Shown here: positions 42,075 to 54,588 of the stretch, piece by piece
Position numbering within the stretch: position 1 is the stretch's first letter
Layout: the number at the start of each line of letters is the position of its first letter
Source: Octopus vulgaris
Taxonomy: Eukaryota
Direction of reading: 5' to 3'
NCBI GenBank assembly: GCA_951406725.2
Contig: OX597838.1
Location: forward strand, 27,714,001 to 27,778,000
DNA: 64,000 nucleotides
Program-made: the position numbers and the translations under genes
Notes under the pieces: model-generated
The model's input: only the letters and a program-made list of their open reading frames with translations
Told to the model about the DNA's origin: nothing
The model's database searches: none

Positions 42075-42800
42075 ATAGATAGTTGATTTATTTACCTTTC
42101 CCCCCACCCTCCCCAAAATCCCCTTCCCCACTTCTTACCCTCTTTTATTTTTTATTTCAATTGTTTTTTTTTTTTTTGAAATTGTCTTTTTCCTCAGAAT
42201 TTCTATTTATTTATTTTTTTTTTCTACACTCATTTCCGGGGGAAAAAAAAAATGTTACCAAACAAATTTTTTTTTTTTTTTTTTTTTTCTGAATTTCTAT
42301 TAATTTCAATTTTTTTTTTTTTATTAAATTTATAAATATATATTTTTTTTTTAAATAAACAAACAAACAAACAAAGTTGGTGGGGAGAAAAAAAACAATA
42401 AAGAAAAAAAAAACAAATTACAAATTTTTAAAATATTACACAAGAAAAATAAATAAAGAAAAAAGGAATAAAAAAAAGCCCAGTGTGGAGTGAAGAATCG
42501 ATTTTAGCTATTTACAACTCCTCTTTGTCTCGAAAAAAATTCTTAAAACTTCTTCCTTATTTACCCACCATTACCACCACCACCATCCACCATCTCCCCC
42601 ACTACTTTCCTCCCATGTTTTTCTTTTCTCTCTCTCTACCCCCTCCTTCCTGACCTCATCCCTGTCTCTATCTCTCCTTTTCTATTTCTCTTTTTTCATT
42701 TTTTTTTTTTTTCACAAAAATCCAAATCATGTACAAAATAATAATAATAATAAAGTTATATATAGAAATAAAAAAATCCTTTTCATGTCAAACACAATGG
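42075..42800 (+). other. numb: Probable numb 3' UTR (end uncertain)
   Basis: U/A-rich sequence right after the stop codon with several AATAAA hexamers. The cleavage site cannot be fixed from sequence. Confidence 0.5.
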
Positions 42801-42967
42801 AAACCATGTATATGTAATTATTCTTTATTGCTCCCTCTCTTTTTTTTTTTTGTCTGTCTGTCTGTTTGTCAGTCTCTCCCTCTTGAGGAAAAAGGGACGA
42901 AAGGGTTATGTAAATTCAGTCTTGCATGATTTTGTTTTTAAAAATCTTTTTTTTTTTTTTAGGCATA

Positions 42968-43335
42968 GGTGCAGGAGTGGCTGTGTGGTAAGTAGCTTGC
43001 TTACCAACCACATGGTTCCGGGTTCAGTCCCACTGTGTGGCACCTTGGGCAAGTGTCTTCTACTATAGCCTCGGGCGGATTTGGTAGACGGAAACTGAAA
43101 GAAGCCTGTCGTATATATATATATATATATATATGTGTTTGTGTGTCTGTTCCCCTAGCATTGCTTGACAACCGATGCTGGTGTGTTTATGTCCCCGTTA
43201 CTTAGCGGTTCGGCAGAAGAGACCGATAAAATAAGTACTGGGCTTACAAAAAAATAAGTCCCGGGGTTGAGTTGCTTGATTAAAGGCAGTGCTCCAGCAT
43301 GGCCGCAGTCAAATGACTGAAACAAGTAAAAGAGT
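42968..43335 (+). mobile_element. SINE family A
   Basis: Family match. Confidence 0.9.
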
Positions 43336-43796
43336 ATGAGGCTTTAAAAGAAACTAAGTACTAATGTCTATTTGTTCAACTGAAAGCCTTCAAGGTGGTG
43401 CTCCAGCAAGGCCACAGGCAAATAACTGGAACAAGTCAGAGACAAAAGATCATGATTTCTTTATGTGCAAAAGTGATTAATTATACATACATAATTAATT
43501 AACACATGCATGTGTAATATATTTATATTTTAGCTTTTGGTTGGGTTATTTATTTTTAAAACCAATTTTTTAATATTAATTCTCAAAATCTGGGCATATA
43601 TCTGTGTGTGTGTGTGTACATATACACACACATATATAAATATGTATGTGTTTACACATGCATATATGCACATATTTGTGCATGTATATGTATACACATG
43701 TCTGTACAAGATACATGTGGGTATACACACATGCTTGTGTGCATACACGTGCATCTGTGTGTGTGTGTATGTATATATATATATATATAGTAAGGT

Positions 43797-43878
43797 GTCA
43801 TCGTGGCCGAGTGGTTAAGGTGATAGATTAGAAATCCACTGGGGTCTCCCCGCATAGGTTCAAATCCTATTGGCGACG
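43797..43878 (+). pseudogene. tRNA-Ser(AGA)-derived pseudogene
   Basis: 82-nt match to the eukaryotic tRNA-Ser(AGA) pattern (TGGCCGAGTGGTTAAGG...AGAAATCCA.TGGGGTCTCCCCGC..AGGTTC.AATCCT). Mismatches in the acceptor and anticodon stems. Confidence 0.85.
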
Positions 43879-44146
43879 TTGATATTTTGGCCGATGCCAG
43901 TGCCGCCTTGACTGGCTTCCGTGCTTGTGGCATGTAAAAAGCACCAACTGATCATGGCCATTGCAAGCCTCCCCTGGCACGTAAAAAGCACCCACTACAC
44001 TCACAGAGTGGTTGGCGTTAGGAAGGGCATCCAGCTGTAGAAACACTGCCAGAACAGACTGGAGCCTGGTGCAGCCTCCTGGTTTCCCAGACTCCGGTCG
44101 AACCGTCCAACCCATGCTAGCATGGAAAACGGACATTAAACAATGA

Positions 44147-45600
44147 CGGAATTTGAACCCAGAACGTAACAGCAGACGAAATACCTATTTCTTTACTACC
44201 CACAAGGGGCTAAACATAGAGGGGACGAACAAACGGATTAAGTCAATTACATCGACCCCAGTGCGTAACTGGTACTTAATTTATCTCGTCCGAAAGGATG
44301 AAAGGCAAAGTCGACCTCGGCGGAATTTGAACCCCGAACGTAACAGCAAACAACATACCTATTTCTTTACTACCTACAAGGGGTTAAACATAGAGGGGAC
44401 AAACGGATTAAGTCGATTACACACATATATGCACACACATATATACACATGATTAACTCTCTCATCCATACAACTCCATATGAAAAGACTCATCAAAGAA
44501 AAGCTAAGAGTGTCTTGAAGCCTGTTTGCTTCAGTAAGGGTACGTCAGTTTGCTCTACTCCTGCAGTTCATCACTTGGGTTTTAACCCCAGAAACTGTCA
44601 CTCCACCAGTTACAACAAAAAGGGTTCCAATTGTCTTGACTGATGGACCAGTATAACATTCAAGTGGCTGAATACTCCACAGATACGTATACCCTTAATG
44701 TAGGTCTCAGGGAAATTCAGCATGACACAGAATATTTTCTACTCTAGGAACAAGTCCCAATTTTTTGGGGGAAGGGGACCAGTCGATTAGATCGACCCTG
44801 AAAGGATGAAAGGCAAAGTCGACCTCGGCGGAATTTGATCTCACACCATAAAGACATACAAAATACTGCTAAGCATTTTGGCCGGTGTGCTAACATTTCT
44901 GCCAGCTCACCACCTTCAGCATGACACAGAATGTGACATGGCTGGATCCTGCTGAATTACAGGTATAACTTGTTTTCGCCACCGAGTGGACTGGAGCAAT
45001 GTGAAATAAAGTGTCTTGCTCAAGGGCATAACATGCCACCAGGAATTGAACTCGTGACGTAACGATTCTGAGCTGAATAGTCGAACCACTAAGCTGCGCA
45101 CACACATTCACAACCACACAACATGGATATTGTTTGAAACAGACCCGATCAATCTAATAAAGTTAAATTTAACCTGATCTAACCCTTTAGCATGTAGATT
45201 ACTCTTATTTCTTTATTGCCCACAAGGGGCTAAACATAGAGGGGACAAACAAGGACAGACAAAGATATTAAGTCGATTACATTGACCCCAGTACGTTACT
45301 GGTACTTAATTTATCGAGTCCGAAAGGATTAAAGGCAAAGTCGACCTCAGCAGAATTTGAACCCAGAACATAACGGCAGACGAAATACCTATTTCTTTAC
45401 TACCCACAAGGGGCTAAACATAGAGGGGACAGACAAACAGATTAAGTCGATTACATCGACCCCAGTGCGTAACTGGCACTTAATTTATCGAGTCCGAAAG
45501 GATGAAAGGCAACGTCAACCTCGGCGGAATTTGAACTCAGAACGTAATACCGCTAAGCATTTCACCCAGCGTTGCTAATGTTTCTGCCAGCTCACCGCCT
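44147..45600 (-). mobile_element. Cluster of SINE family B copies with a family C fragment
   Basis: Head-to-tail tacctatttctttactacccacaagggg...gaatttgaac units at 44147-44420, 44750-44915 and 45205-45600. Confidence 0.8.
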
Positions 45601-46116
45601 TATCCTTATTTATTCACAGTTTTGTATTAATCATGGATTTTCTCATAGGTCAGTTTGTGTGGATGGATGGATGGAGTGAGGAAAGCTTTGGTGGTTAGAG
45701 TTGTTGGACTAAGAGAAGCAAGAGAGTTTATAAATGATTGGAAAGCTTGAGTAGATTGAAGTTGCTCAATGGGGTATACACGTGTGTATATACATGCGCA
45801 TCTGTATGTGTGTGTGCATATATATATATATATATATTATATTAAATTAGAGATAAAACCACTATTAGGCAAATCAAACAATGAAAAACAAGCCAATACA
45901 TAAAATTAATTTAATTTATATTATTTTAAATATATATCAAAAGTATTAAAAGTTTAATAAAGATAAAGAGTAAAACACTACGATTGTTTCATGGCTGTAC
46001 AATTCGAATAACAATTAATTTGAATTCAATTAATAATTCGAGTTATGGTTACAGTCAATCTTCAGGTTAATTGAAATATCTAAAAAATAATCAGAAATAT
46101 TTAATATATATAAGGT

Positions 46117-46198
46117 GTCATCATGGCCAAGTGGTTAAGGTGATGGACTAGAAATCCATTGGGGTCTCCCCGCATAGGTTCGAATCCTATCGGCGACT
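46117..46198 (+). pseudogene. tRNA-Ser(AGA)-derived pseudogene, second copy
   Basis: Perfect anticodon arm ATGGA-CTAGAAA-TCCAT, long variable arm and intact T arm. Acceptor stem has two A-C mismatches. Confidence 0.85.
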
Positions 46199-46890
46199 TT
46201 GATATTTTGGCCAATGCCAGTGCCGCCTTGACTGGCTTCCGTGCTTGTGGCATGTAAAAAGCACCAACTGATCATGGCCATTGCCAGCCTCCCCTGGCAC
46301 GTAAAAAGCACCCACTACGCTCACGGCTTGATGCAGCGGGGTAAACCAGCATATGCTGATATTAGGGGTTGCTTTTTATGCCTTGACCCGAGCTGGGAAA
46401 TGAATGGAATGCCTGGTGTGTGTTTTGTTGTGGCTGCCCCCTCCTATGGGGAATAGGCCTTGGTAAATTAAAATCTCACAGCTTCAAGATTTTGGTGATG
46501 TGTTTGTTTGTTTTTAGAATGAAATTGTAGTATAGGTGTGAAAGGCCAGATCCAGCTTCCCACACCTACTCTACAATATCATTCTAAAATTAAATCCTCT
46601 TCAAAATCTTAAAGCTACAAGATAATGCATGATTAATTCAAAACATTGTGAACAAATAAGCAGATCATTTGACAGAGTAATCTGAACGCTGTAGGGTTAA
46701 GCATAAAACAGGTAGACTATCTCACCCTGAAATGGCAATTTTAAATGCTAAATGGTTAAAGAATACCTGTTCTGAAACAATTCCAGTAATTCTATTTGTA
46801 CAGGTCGACAAAACACAAGAACACATGAACTGAGCAGATAGCATTATGTGACTCACTCTACTTAGTAATATCACAAGTATATATATAGAG

Positions 46891-47031
46891 AATACCAAAT
46901 GAGTTCCCTATGGATACCGTATTTATTACGAGTGGTTTGTAAACGTATCTAACTCACTTTTGCTCGTTAGATACGTTTACAAGCCACGAATTGTAATAAA
47001 TACGGTATCCATAGGGAATGAGTTTGGTATT
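46891..47031. repeat. Near-perfect palindrome
   Basis: aataccaaa..ttccctatggataccgtatttattac...taaacgtatctaac mirrored around the loop tcacttttgctc. Confidence 0.9.
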
Positions 47032-47547
47032 TTATTTATTACACACGAATAAACGACCATATTTTAATTAACCCAATAACTAAATTCTTCACATCGTGTT
47101 GAAGCACGCATGAATACCGCTTGATTTCACGTCAGTGACGTCACAATGTGTAACTAAAAGATGTCATGCCGCAGGAAGATAGTCCGACTTTATAGCGCTA
47201 GTTGTAACTTATGAATGACAAAAGTAGTGCCGTCACCGTGACCTCGGGTCATCACCATGGATTGACCAATCAGAAGCAGCGCTCGCAGTATCTGACATAT
47301 GTTAGATACCAAAAATATCTCAAAGTGTTCTCACTCACATGTCATCATCATCATCATCATCATTTAGCGTCCGTTCTCCATGCTAGCATGGGTTGGACGG
47401 TTCAACTGGGGTCTGTGAAGCTGGAAGGCTTCATCAGGCCCAGTCAGATCTGGCAGTGTTTCTACGGCTGGATGCCCTTCCTAACGCCAACCACTCCGTG
47501 AGTGTAGTGGGTGCTTTTTACGTGCCACCTGCATGTGTGTAATAAAT

Positions 47548-49880
47548 ATATATTCTGAACGCCTTACTTCCCTGGGCATGGACACATTGAAACTCCGACG
47601 TCTGGCAGCTGACTTGGCAGACACCCATAAAATTATCAACCATCTTACAAACAATAACTCTGAGCACCTTTTCAAACTCCACCCGTCTAACACCTGTGGA
47701 CATATTGACAAAGTCAGAAAACAGCACAGCTCCCATGACTTTAGGAAACATTTTTTTCACGCTGAGAGTTGCTGAAGCATGGAACAAACTGCCAGCATCA
47801 GTTGTTAGTTGTCGGAGCACTGCATCCTTCAAAACTTCCATGCTTTCTGAGATTCGCCAACACTACACCTGATTTCCTCCTCTCCATACACACACAAGCA
47901 TGTATCTGACTCATACATTGACTTGGCAGACACCCATAAAATTATCAACCATCTTACAAACAATAACTCTGAGCACCTTTTCAAACTCCACCCGTCTAAC
48001 ACCCGTGGACATATTTACAAAGTCAGAAAACAGCACAGCTCCCATGACTTTAGGAAACATTTTTTTCACGCTGAGAGTTGCTGAAGCATGGAACAAACTG
48101 CCAGCATCAGTTGTTAGTTGTCGGAGCACTGCATCCTTCAAAACTTCCATGCTTTCTGAGATTCGCCAACACTACACCTGATTTCCTCCTCTCCATACAC
48201 ACACAAGCATGTATCTGACTCATACATTGACTTGGCAGACACCCATAAAATTATCAACCATCTTACAAACAATAACACTGAGCACCTTTTCAAACTCCAC
48301 CCGTCTAACACCTGTGGACATATTTACAAAGTCAGAAAACAGCACAGCTCCCATGACTTTAGGAAACATTTTTTCACGCTGAGAGTTGCTGAAGCATGGA
48401 ACAAACTGCCAGCATCAGTTGTTAGTTGTCGGAGCACTGCATCCTTCAAAACTTCCATGCTTTCTGAGATTCGCCAACACTACACCTGATTTCCTCCTCT
48501 CCATACACACACAAGCATGTATCTGACTCATACATTGACTTGGCAGACACCCATAAAATTATCAACCATCTTACAAACAATAACTCTGAGCACCTTTTCA
48601 AACTCCACCCGTCTAACACCTGTGGACATATTTACAAAGTCAGAAAACAGCACAGCTCCCATGACTTTAGGAAACATTTTTTTCACGCTGAGAGTTGCTG
48701 AAGCATGGAACAAACTGCTGGCATCAGTTGTTAGTTGTCGGAGCACTGCATCCTTCAAAACTTCCATGCTTTCTGAGATTCGCCAACACTACACCTGATT
48801 TCCTCCTCTCCATACACACACAAGCATGTATCTGACTCATACATTGACTTGGCAGACACCCATAAAATTATCAACCATCTTACAAACAATAACTCTGAGC
48901 ACCTTTTCAAACTCCACCCGTCTAACACCCGTGGACATATTTACAAAGTCAGAAAACAGCACAGCTCCCATGACTTTAGGAAACATTTTTCACGCTGAGA
49001 GTTGCTGAAGCATGGAACAAACTGCCAGCATCAGTTGTTAGTTGTCGGAGCACTGCATCCTTCAAAACTTCCATGCTTTCTGAGATTCGCCAACACTACA
49101 CCTGATTTCCTCCTCTCCATACACACACAAGCATGTATCTGACTCATACATTGACTTGGCAGACACCCATAAAATTATCAACCATCTTACAAACAATAAC
49201 ACTGAGCACCTTTTCAAACTCCACCCGTCTAACACCTGTGGACATATTTACAAAGTCAGAAAACAGCACAGCTCCCATGACTTTAGGAAACATTTTTTTC
49301 ACGCTGAGAGTTGCTGAAGCATGGAACAAACTGCCAGCATCAGTTGTTAGTTGTCGGAGCACTGCATCCTTCAAAACTTCCATGCTTTCTGAGATTCGCC
49401 AACACTACACCTGATTTCCTCCTCTCCATACACACACAAGCATGTATCTGACTCATACATTGACTTGGCAGACACCCATAAAATTATCAACCATCTTACA
49501 AACAATAACACTGAGCACCTTTTCAAACTCCACCCGTCTAACACCCGTGGACATATTTACTAAGTCAGAAAACAGCACAGCTCCCATGACTTTAGGAAAC
49601 ATTTTTTTCACGCTGAGAGTTGCTGAAGCATGGAACAAACTGCTGGCATCAGTTGTTAGTTGTCGGAGCACTGCATCCTTCAAAACTTCCATGCTTCCTG
49701 AGATTTGCCAACACTACACCTGATTTCCTCCCCTCCATACACACGCAAGCATGTATCTGACTCATATATTGTTCGCTTTCCAGACATATGTACATTACTG
49801 CATGTACTTTATACACACTTTCTGACAAGTCGTGGTGCACCTGAGCACTGTATACAATAATTTCATTATTATTATTATTA
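47548..49880 (+). mobile_element. 5'-truncated CR1/L2-type LINE 3' end containing an internal 7-copy tandem amplification
   Basis: Encodes RLTSLGMDTLKLRRLAADL...RKHFFTLRVAEAWNKLPASVV...SFK, the typical ORF2 C-terminus. Ends in an (ATT)n tail. Confidence 0.85.
47610..49769 (+). repeat. Tandem array, 7 units of 307-309 bp
   Basis: Units start tgacttggcagacaccc at 47610, 47919, 48228, 48536, 48845, 49152 and 49461 and are nearly identical. Confidence 0.97.
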
Positions 49881-51660
49881 TATAAAGAAAAATAAATAAA
49901 CCACAGTGCATAGAATAGGATTATAATGATGAAGCCAAATGCCTAGTGATACAGCTGGATGTAGCAGACATGACAGCATTGTAACCTTAAGATTCAGAAT
50001 TTACCTGAAGGACAACCGATGCTGGTGTGTTTGCATCCCTGTAACTTAGCGGTTTGGCAAAAGAGACCGATAGAATAAGTACTAGACTTACAAAGAATAA
50101 GTCCTTGGTTTGATTCGTTCGACTAGAGGCAGTGCTCCAGCATGGTCACAGTCAAATGACTGGAACAATTAAAAAAGAAAGATGTATATATGTGTGTGTG
50201 TGTGTGTATATACATGTACACAGATACAGGATGCATTCGACACTTGTTAGGATTTAGATATTTGCATTGGAAGTTGTTCCGCTTAGGCCTGCATTACTAA
50301 AAGTTTCACAGACACAAACGTATTATCTCATTGTTTAGATATGGAGTTTTATGAGTGCTGGATGCCTTAAAAGGCACACACAATTTCATTATTATTATTG
50401 CACACACACACATACATACATTCAATTAGGACCAACTTGAGGTTAAACAACAGTAATAATCTAAATAAAATACGAATGAACATGGATGTCACTATATGGT
50501 CATCTTAAATGCTAGAAATAACAGCCAAATCTCATTCAATCCACACTGTACCATCCTAAAAGGAAAGGGAAAACTAAGTTTATAAAGTCCTTGATATATA
50601 AAAAAACACGGGTTAATTATGGGTACCTGGGACACACCAATAAATGTACATTAACTTAGTGAGTTCTTTTCAGCTTTACCATACAAATATGGTGAAGGCT
50701 AAGCTGCGCTGATGAGGTCAGAATAACTCTGAAACAAGTCCCAAGATGCTTTGACCAAACAAACCGTGACGAATTAAGTTCCGGCCATGATCATCTTGTC
50801 CTTTTGCATGCTGTCCAATATATTTTCTATTTAAAATAATGTTGTATGAAGGAGAGGAAAAAAGGCTCTTAAATTGAGCAGATGGAGTGGCTTCGAAACA
50901 GAGAACTATTCAAAACTCCATCTGGACTCTTTGTGCAACCCTGAGACACTAACTGAAACCCGCTGCCCAGAAATCTACAATAAACCAGGAGTCTGTCCAC
51001 AAGTCTATTCTTGCTGGCTGGCTGGCCAAGAAAGAGGCTGATTGATTTTCCCTATTTTGTTACCTGACATCACTCTCTCCTTCATTTCCAGTACATTACC
51101 CCCACTAGGGCACATGCTTCCCTGATCTAAAGATCCCTTCACAATCCTCTCATTCCACTTCAAAATCTTCCATCCACTTAAATGGATTTTGCTCCCTTTG
51201 TGACCTTTGCAAGTTTGTGGGGCCAAGTTCACCCTCTTCTTGTCCTTTATCATCTGAGCTGACAACCCTATGGCTGTCCAGAATGTGATGTAGCATTCCA
51301 TCGACTGATACTATTTCAAGAATTCACTTCCATCGAACTCCCACACCCCACAAATAGTACACTGCACATTGGGTGATTTCATCCATACCTCTTCCTAATC
51401 TGAACAGATGCAAGTCCTTTCTCTTCCGTGAAATGCTGTGGTACAGTGCTCGGGTGTCCCTGTTTGTACCTGAACACTGCTCTTTGTAGGGATTGACCCC
51501 TTAGCTTGTCTCTTGGGTGACATATTACACCCAGAAGACAGCCTTAATAAGGGAGATTCACCCCCATCTCAATAGTGATCTTGAGTGGGCAATGGTGTCC
51601 TTCCATGATCCAATTTCCACTTGGCCTGTTTGCAGTTCTGAAGAAGCATCTGATGTTACA

Positions 51661-51895
51661 CCTATTTCTTTATTACCCACAAGGGGCTAAACACAGAGAG
51701 GACAAACAAGGACAGACAAACGGATTAAGTCAATTATATTGACCCCAGTGCGTAACTGGTACTTGATTTATCGACCCCAAAAGGATGAAAGGCAAAGTCG
51801 ACCTCAGTAGAATTTGAACTCAGAACATAACGGCAGGCGAAATGCGGGAAAGCATATCACCTGGCGTGCTAACGTTTCTGCCAGCTCGCCGCCTT
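51661..51895 (-). mobile_element. SINE family B nested in the LTR element
   Basis: Full copy, with a direct repeat ttacacct at both ends. Confidence 0.88.
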
Positions 51896-52255
51896 TTACA
51901 CCTGACAAACATTTCCTTCGGCAGCCCCAAATGAAATGTAGTATATTCTAGGAGTATCGCATTCAACTCAGCTGCAGTCGCTATCTTTATTTATCTCCAT
52001 GTCCTCATCTACCTCAACCCACAGTCAAGAGAGGTGTCACCTTCCACCAACAACATGTCACATCAAATCACAGCCTCTTCCAGTGTCCTCCCTCTGAATC
52101 TTCCCCATTTCATTCACACTCAATCAGGGGCCAATGGACTGACACCTGTCACAATTCCCAACCATCTTTCAGATATTCTCCTTGATGACATCAGTACCAA
52201 CTTTCCTGGCCAAAAGCAGAGTCCTGTCCACTCCCATATGTGTTGTGTATATATG

Positions 52256-52482
52256 CGGCGAGCTGGCAGAAACGTTAGCACGCCGGGCGAAATGCGTAGC
52301 CATATTTCGTCTGCCATTACGCTCTGAGTTCAAATTCCACCGTGGTCGACTTTGCCTTTCATCCTTTCGGGGTCGATAAATTAAGTACCAGTTACGCACT
52401 GGGGTCGATGTAATCGACTTAATACCTATGTCTGTCCTTGTTTATCCTCTCTGTGTTCAGCCCCTTGTGGGCAATAAAGAAA
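52256..52482 (+). mobile_element. SINE family B nested in the LTR element
   Basis: Full copy, inverted relative to 51661-51895. Confidence 0.88.
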
Positions 52483-53515
52483 TATATATGTTGTGCAATC
52501 TTCTCAACTCAGGACCCTTCGTCCAACACATAGCTTCCACCCCACTCAGTGAATCCCCCAGTGGCTCCAGCCAGTTTTTTTTTTCCTCTGCCTTAGTTTT
52601 TTTTGGCGGGAGGGGGGAACACAAGGACTGCCTGCAACTTCAGACCAAACTCAATAGCTAGCTTCCTCAGGATCCCTAAACAGTGGCTGATTTATCATTT
52701 CTGTGGCCCCTTTTGTTCTGACTGGTGATCACCAATGCTACCCATCCATGTGCTGTGGCTGAATCAGTTTGAATCTCAATGTCCTCAAACAGTGCCCAGT
52801 TCATCTACCTTGATATGATTGCAGTCATCTTTCTTCTTGAGCCATGCAGCATCTTCCATCTCAACACATCTCATTTCTAGCATGACTTCTATCATTACAA
52901 AACTTGCTTTTCACCATATAATCCCTTTTCTTGATTTGGGCAGGTACCATCTTCCCTTCACTTGGTCCTCTTCTCTCACACTCTCCAGAACATCTCCCAT
53001 CATGGTGTCTGTCCTCTCTCCCATTCTATCACTCCAGTTCACCCCTTCAGCTGGCTCCATGATGTAACTGCGTGCCATCCTGAACCATTCTTCCACAGGT
53101 TAGTGGCCTACAAGTTTACCACACATTGAGAATAGCCCTTACCAATTCATGCCCTCAATCAGGTCAAGAATCTCATTTCTCCTCCAAAACATGAACCCCT
53201 CCGTTTATCTCTCTTGAGCCCCTGTACAGTGCCTCCTTGTACAGCCTCTGGTAGTATTGTTGTTAACCTCAGGTGACCTGTAGTTTCTCCTACCAGCATT
53301 GTGATCTCATCCACCAAAATGTCACCTATACAAGAACTAGCAGCCTACCTCACTTTGGCGACTTTTCCCAAGATTGCCATGAGAAAATTCACCAAAATTT
53401 TTGGTGCTGAGTCCAAACCGAATCCCAGCCAAGTCAGACAGTATATCCTGTCCTTGTACCTGCCCAGTTTCTCAGCCCTTTGGAGTGGCAGATAAACCAG
53501 CTTGACATCAATGAT

Positions 53516-54023
53516 CAGTGGCGGACTGGGTCTAAAAGTATTGGTTGCCAGGAGACTAAGGGGGCCCACCCGCAACTACAAGGGGGCCCACCCGCAACTA
53601 CAAGGGGGCCCACCCGCAACTACAAGGGGGCCTACCCGCAACTACAAGGGGACCCACCCGCAACTACAAGGGGACCCACCCATAACGACAATGGGGCCCA
53701 TCCGCAACTACAAGGGGGCCCACCCACAACTACAAGGGGTCCACCCGCAACCACAAGGGGGCCCACCCGCAACTACAAGGGGCCCACCTGCAACTACAAT
53801 GCTATCATTTAATTTTTTTTTGTTAAAAGTATTCTTTTCACCTGTCTACAAACACAGCCAGGCTGAAATAATTAATGCATTCCTCCAGAAGTGAATAAAA
53901 AAATTCTCAAACTTGAGGCGATGGACCCTTTAGATACTAGCATGGGCCCCTACATATGGATTCTAATGACGCAGGGACCCACTTGCCATCGGGCAAGCTG
54001 CCAACCTAGCCAGTCCGCCAATG
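53516..54023. mobile_element. hAT-like MITE inserted in the RT region
   Basis: TIRs cagtggcggactgg / ccagtccgccaatg and a degenerate 8-bp TSD (tcaatgat / gcagtggt). Removing the element plus one TSD rejoins the RT frame (KASM-IIDVK). Confidence 0.75.
53560..53798. repeat. GC-rich 22-bp minisatellite, about 11 copies
   Basis: Unit caactacaagggggcccacccg repeated inside the MITE. Confidence 0.95.
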
Positions 54024-54375
54024 GCAGTGGTCATAGACGCCTTTGTCATTTGTCTCCACTCCAAGGTTACCCTACAGACATCTGTGGCTTCCCTGCTCCA
54101 GTATGAAATGATACATGCTTGTTCAGCTCCTGAAAGTCTAGCTCTGGCTAAACTTTACCTTGAGTCAACTAAACAACTCTTCACTTCATCTTTCAAGGGA
54201 ATTAAGATACATGTGTATGGGTCTGGGTTTATTTGATATCAGACGTTTCCCCCTCCCCGAGACCTTTTCACGCCACGAAAATGTTGTTATTCTAGTTGAC
54301 GACCAGCTTCTAAGAACAACTACTATGCTATTTGGGCACGAAACATGGTTCAGCTTTCTGTTTCGCTTGGTGCGT

Positions 54376-54588
54376 ATGATGGCTGGTGAAACATTGGCAA
54401 AACGCGGGAAAGAAAAATGTTCTCGCGAGGGATTTCCATACAACTTTAACAAAGTAAGCAAAATCGACCGTGAATTAAAATTTGGGTCTGGTGAGCGGGG
54501 AAATCGATGCAAAGCTAGACTACATACAAAAGTTTGGGAAGTGGTGAGAATATTAAATTTCCATTCATGTGAAGCTTCACCAGCATAA
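54376..54588 (+). pseudogene. FLYWCH zinc-finger remnant, probably from a MULE transposase
   Basis: RGKEK..REGFPYNFNK...KF(G)..RNRCKARLHTK...HS resembles the FLYWCH pattern, with the W and first C decayed. Stops follow. Confidence 0.6.

Larger units (their letters stand above)
50860..54230 (-). mobile_element. Decayed Ty3/Gypsy-type LTR retrotransposon pol (RT, RNase H, integrase) with nested insertions
   Basis: Minus-strand remnants in RT-RH-IN order: LDFQELNKHV, IIDVK..Y, YCLTWLGFGLDSAPKI, IGDILVD (decayed YxDD), EDAAWLKKKDDCNHI, TDSATAHGW, HMGVDRTLLLARKV. Many stops and frameshifts. LTRs not located; boundaries approximate. Confidence 0.8.

Noticed and set aside
42072-42086. Musashi-type UAG motifs right after the numb stop codon
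   Set aside because: Too short, and expected by chance in (GATA)n-like sequence.
43797-46198. Functional tRNA-Ser genes
   Set aside because: Both have acceptor-stem mismatches, the first has a broken anticodon stem, and both are joined to a SINE body.
47900-49723. Repeated 93-aa and 79-aa ORFs resembling a tandem gene cluster
   Set aside because: They are frameshifted or antisense readings of the amplified LINE ORF2 end and depend on a T-run length.
53480-53894. Collagen-like or repetitive protein ORFs, or a CRISPR-like array
   Set aside because: A 22-bp head-to-tail minisatellite inside a MITE, with no unique spacers and no cas genes, in eukaryotic DNA.
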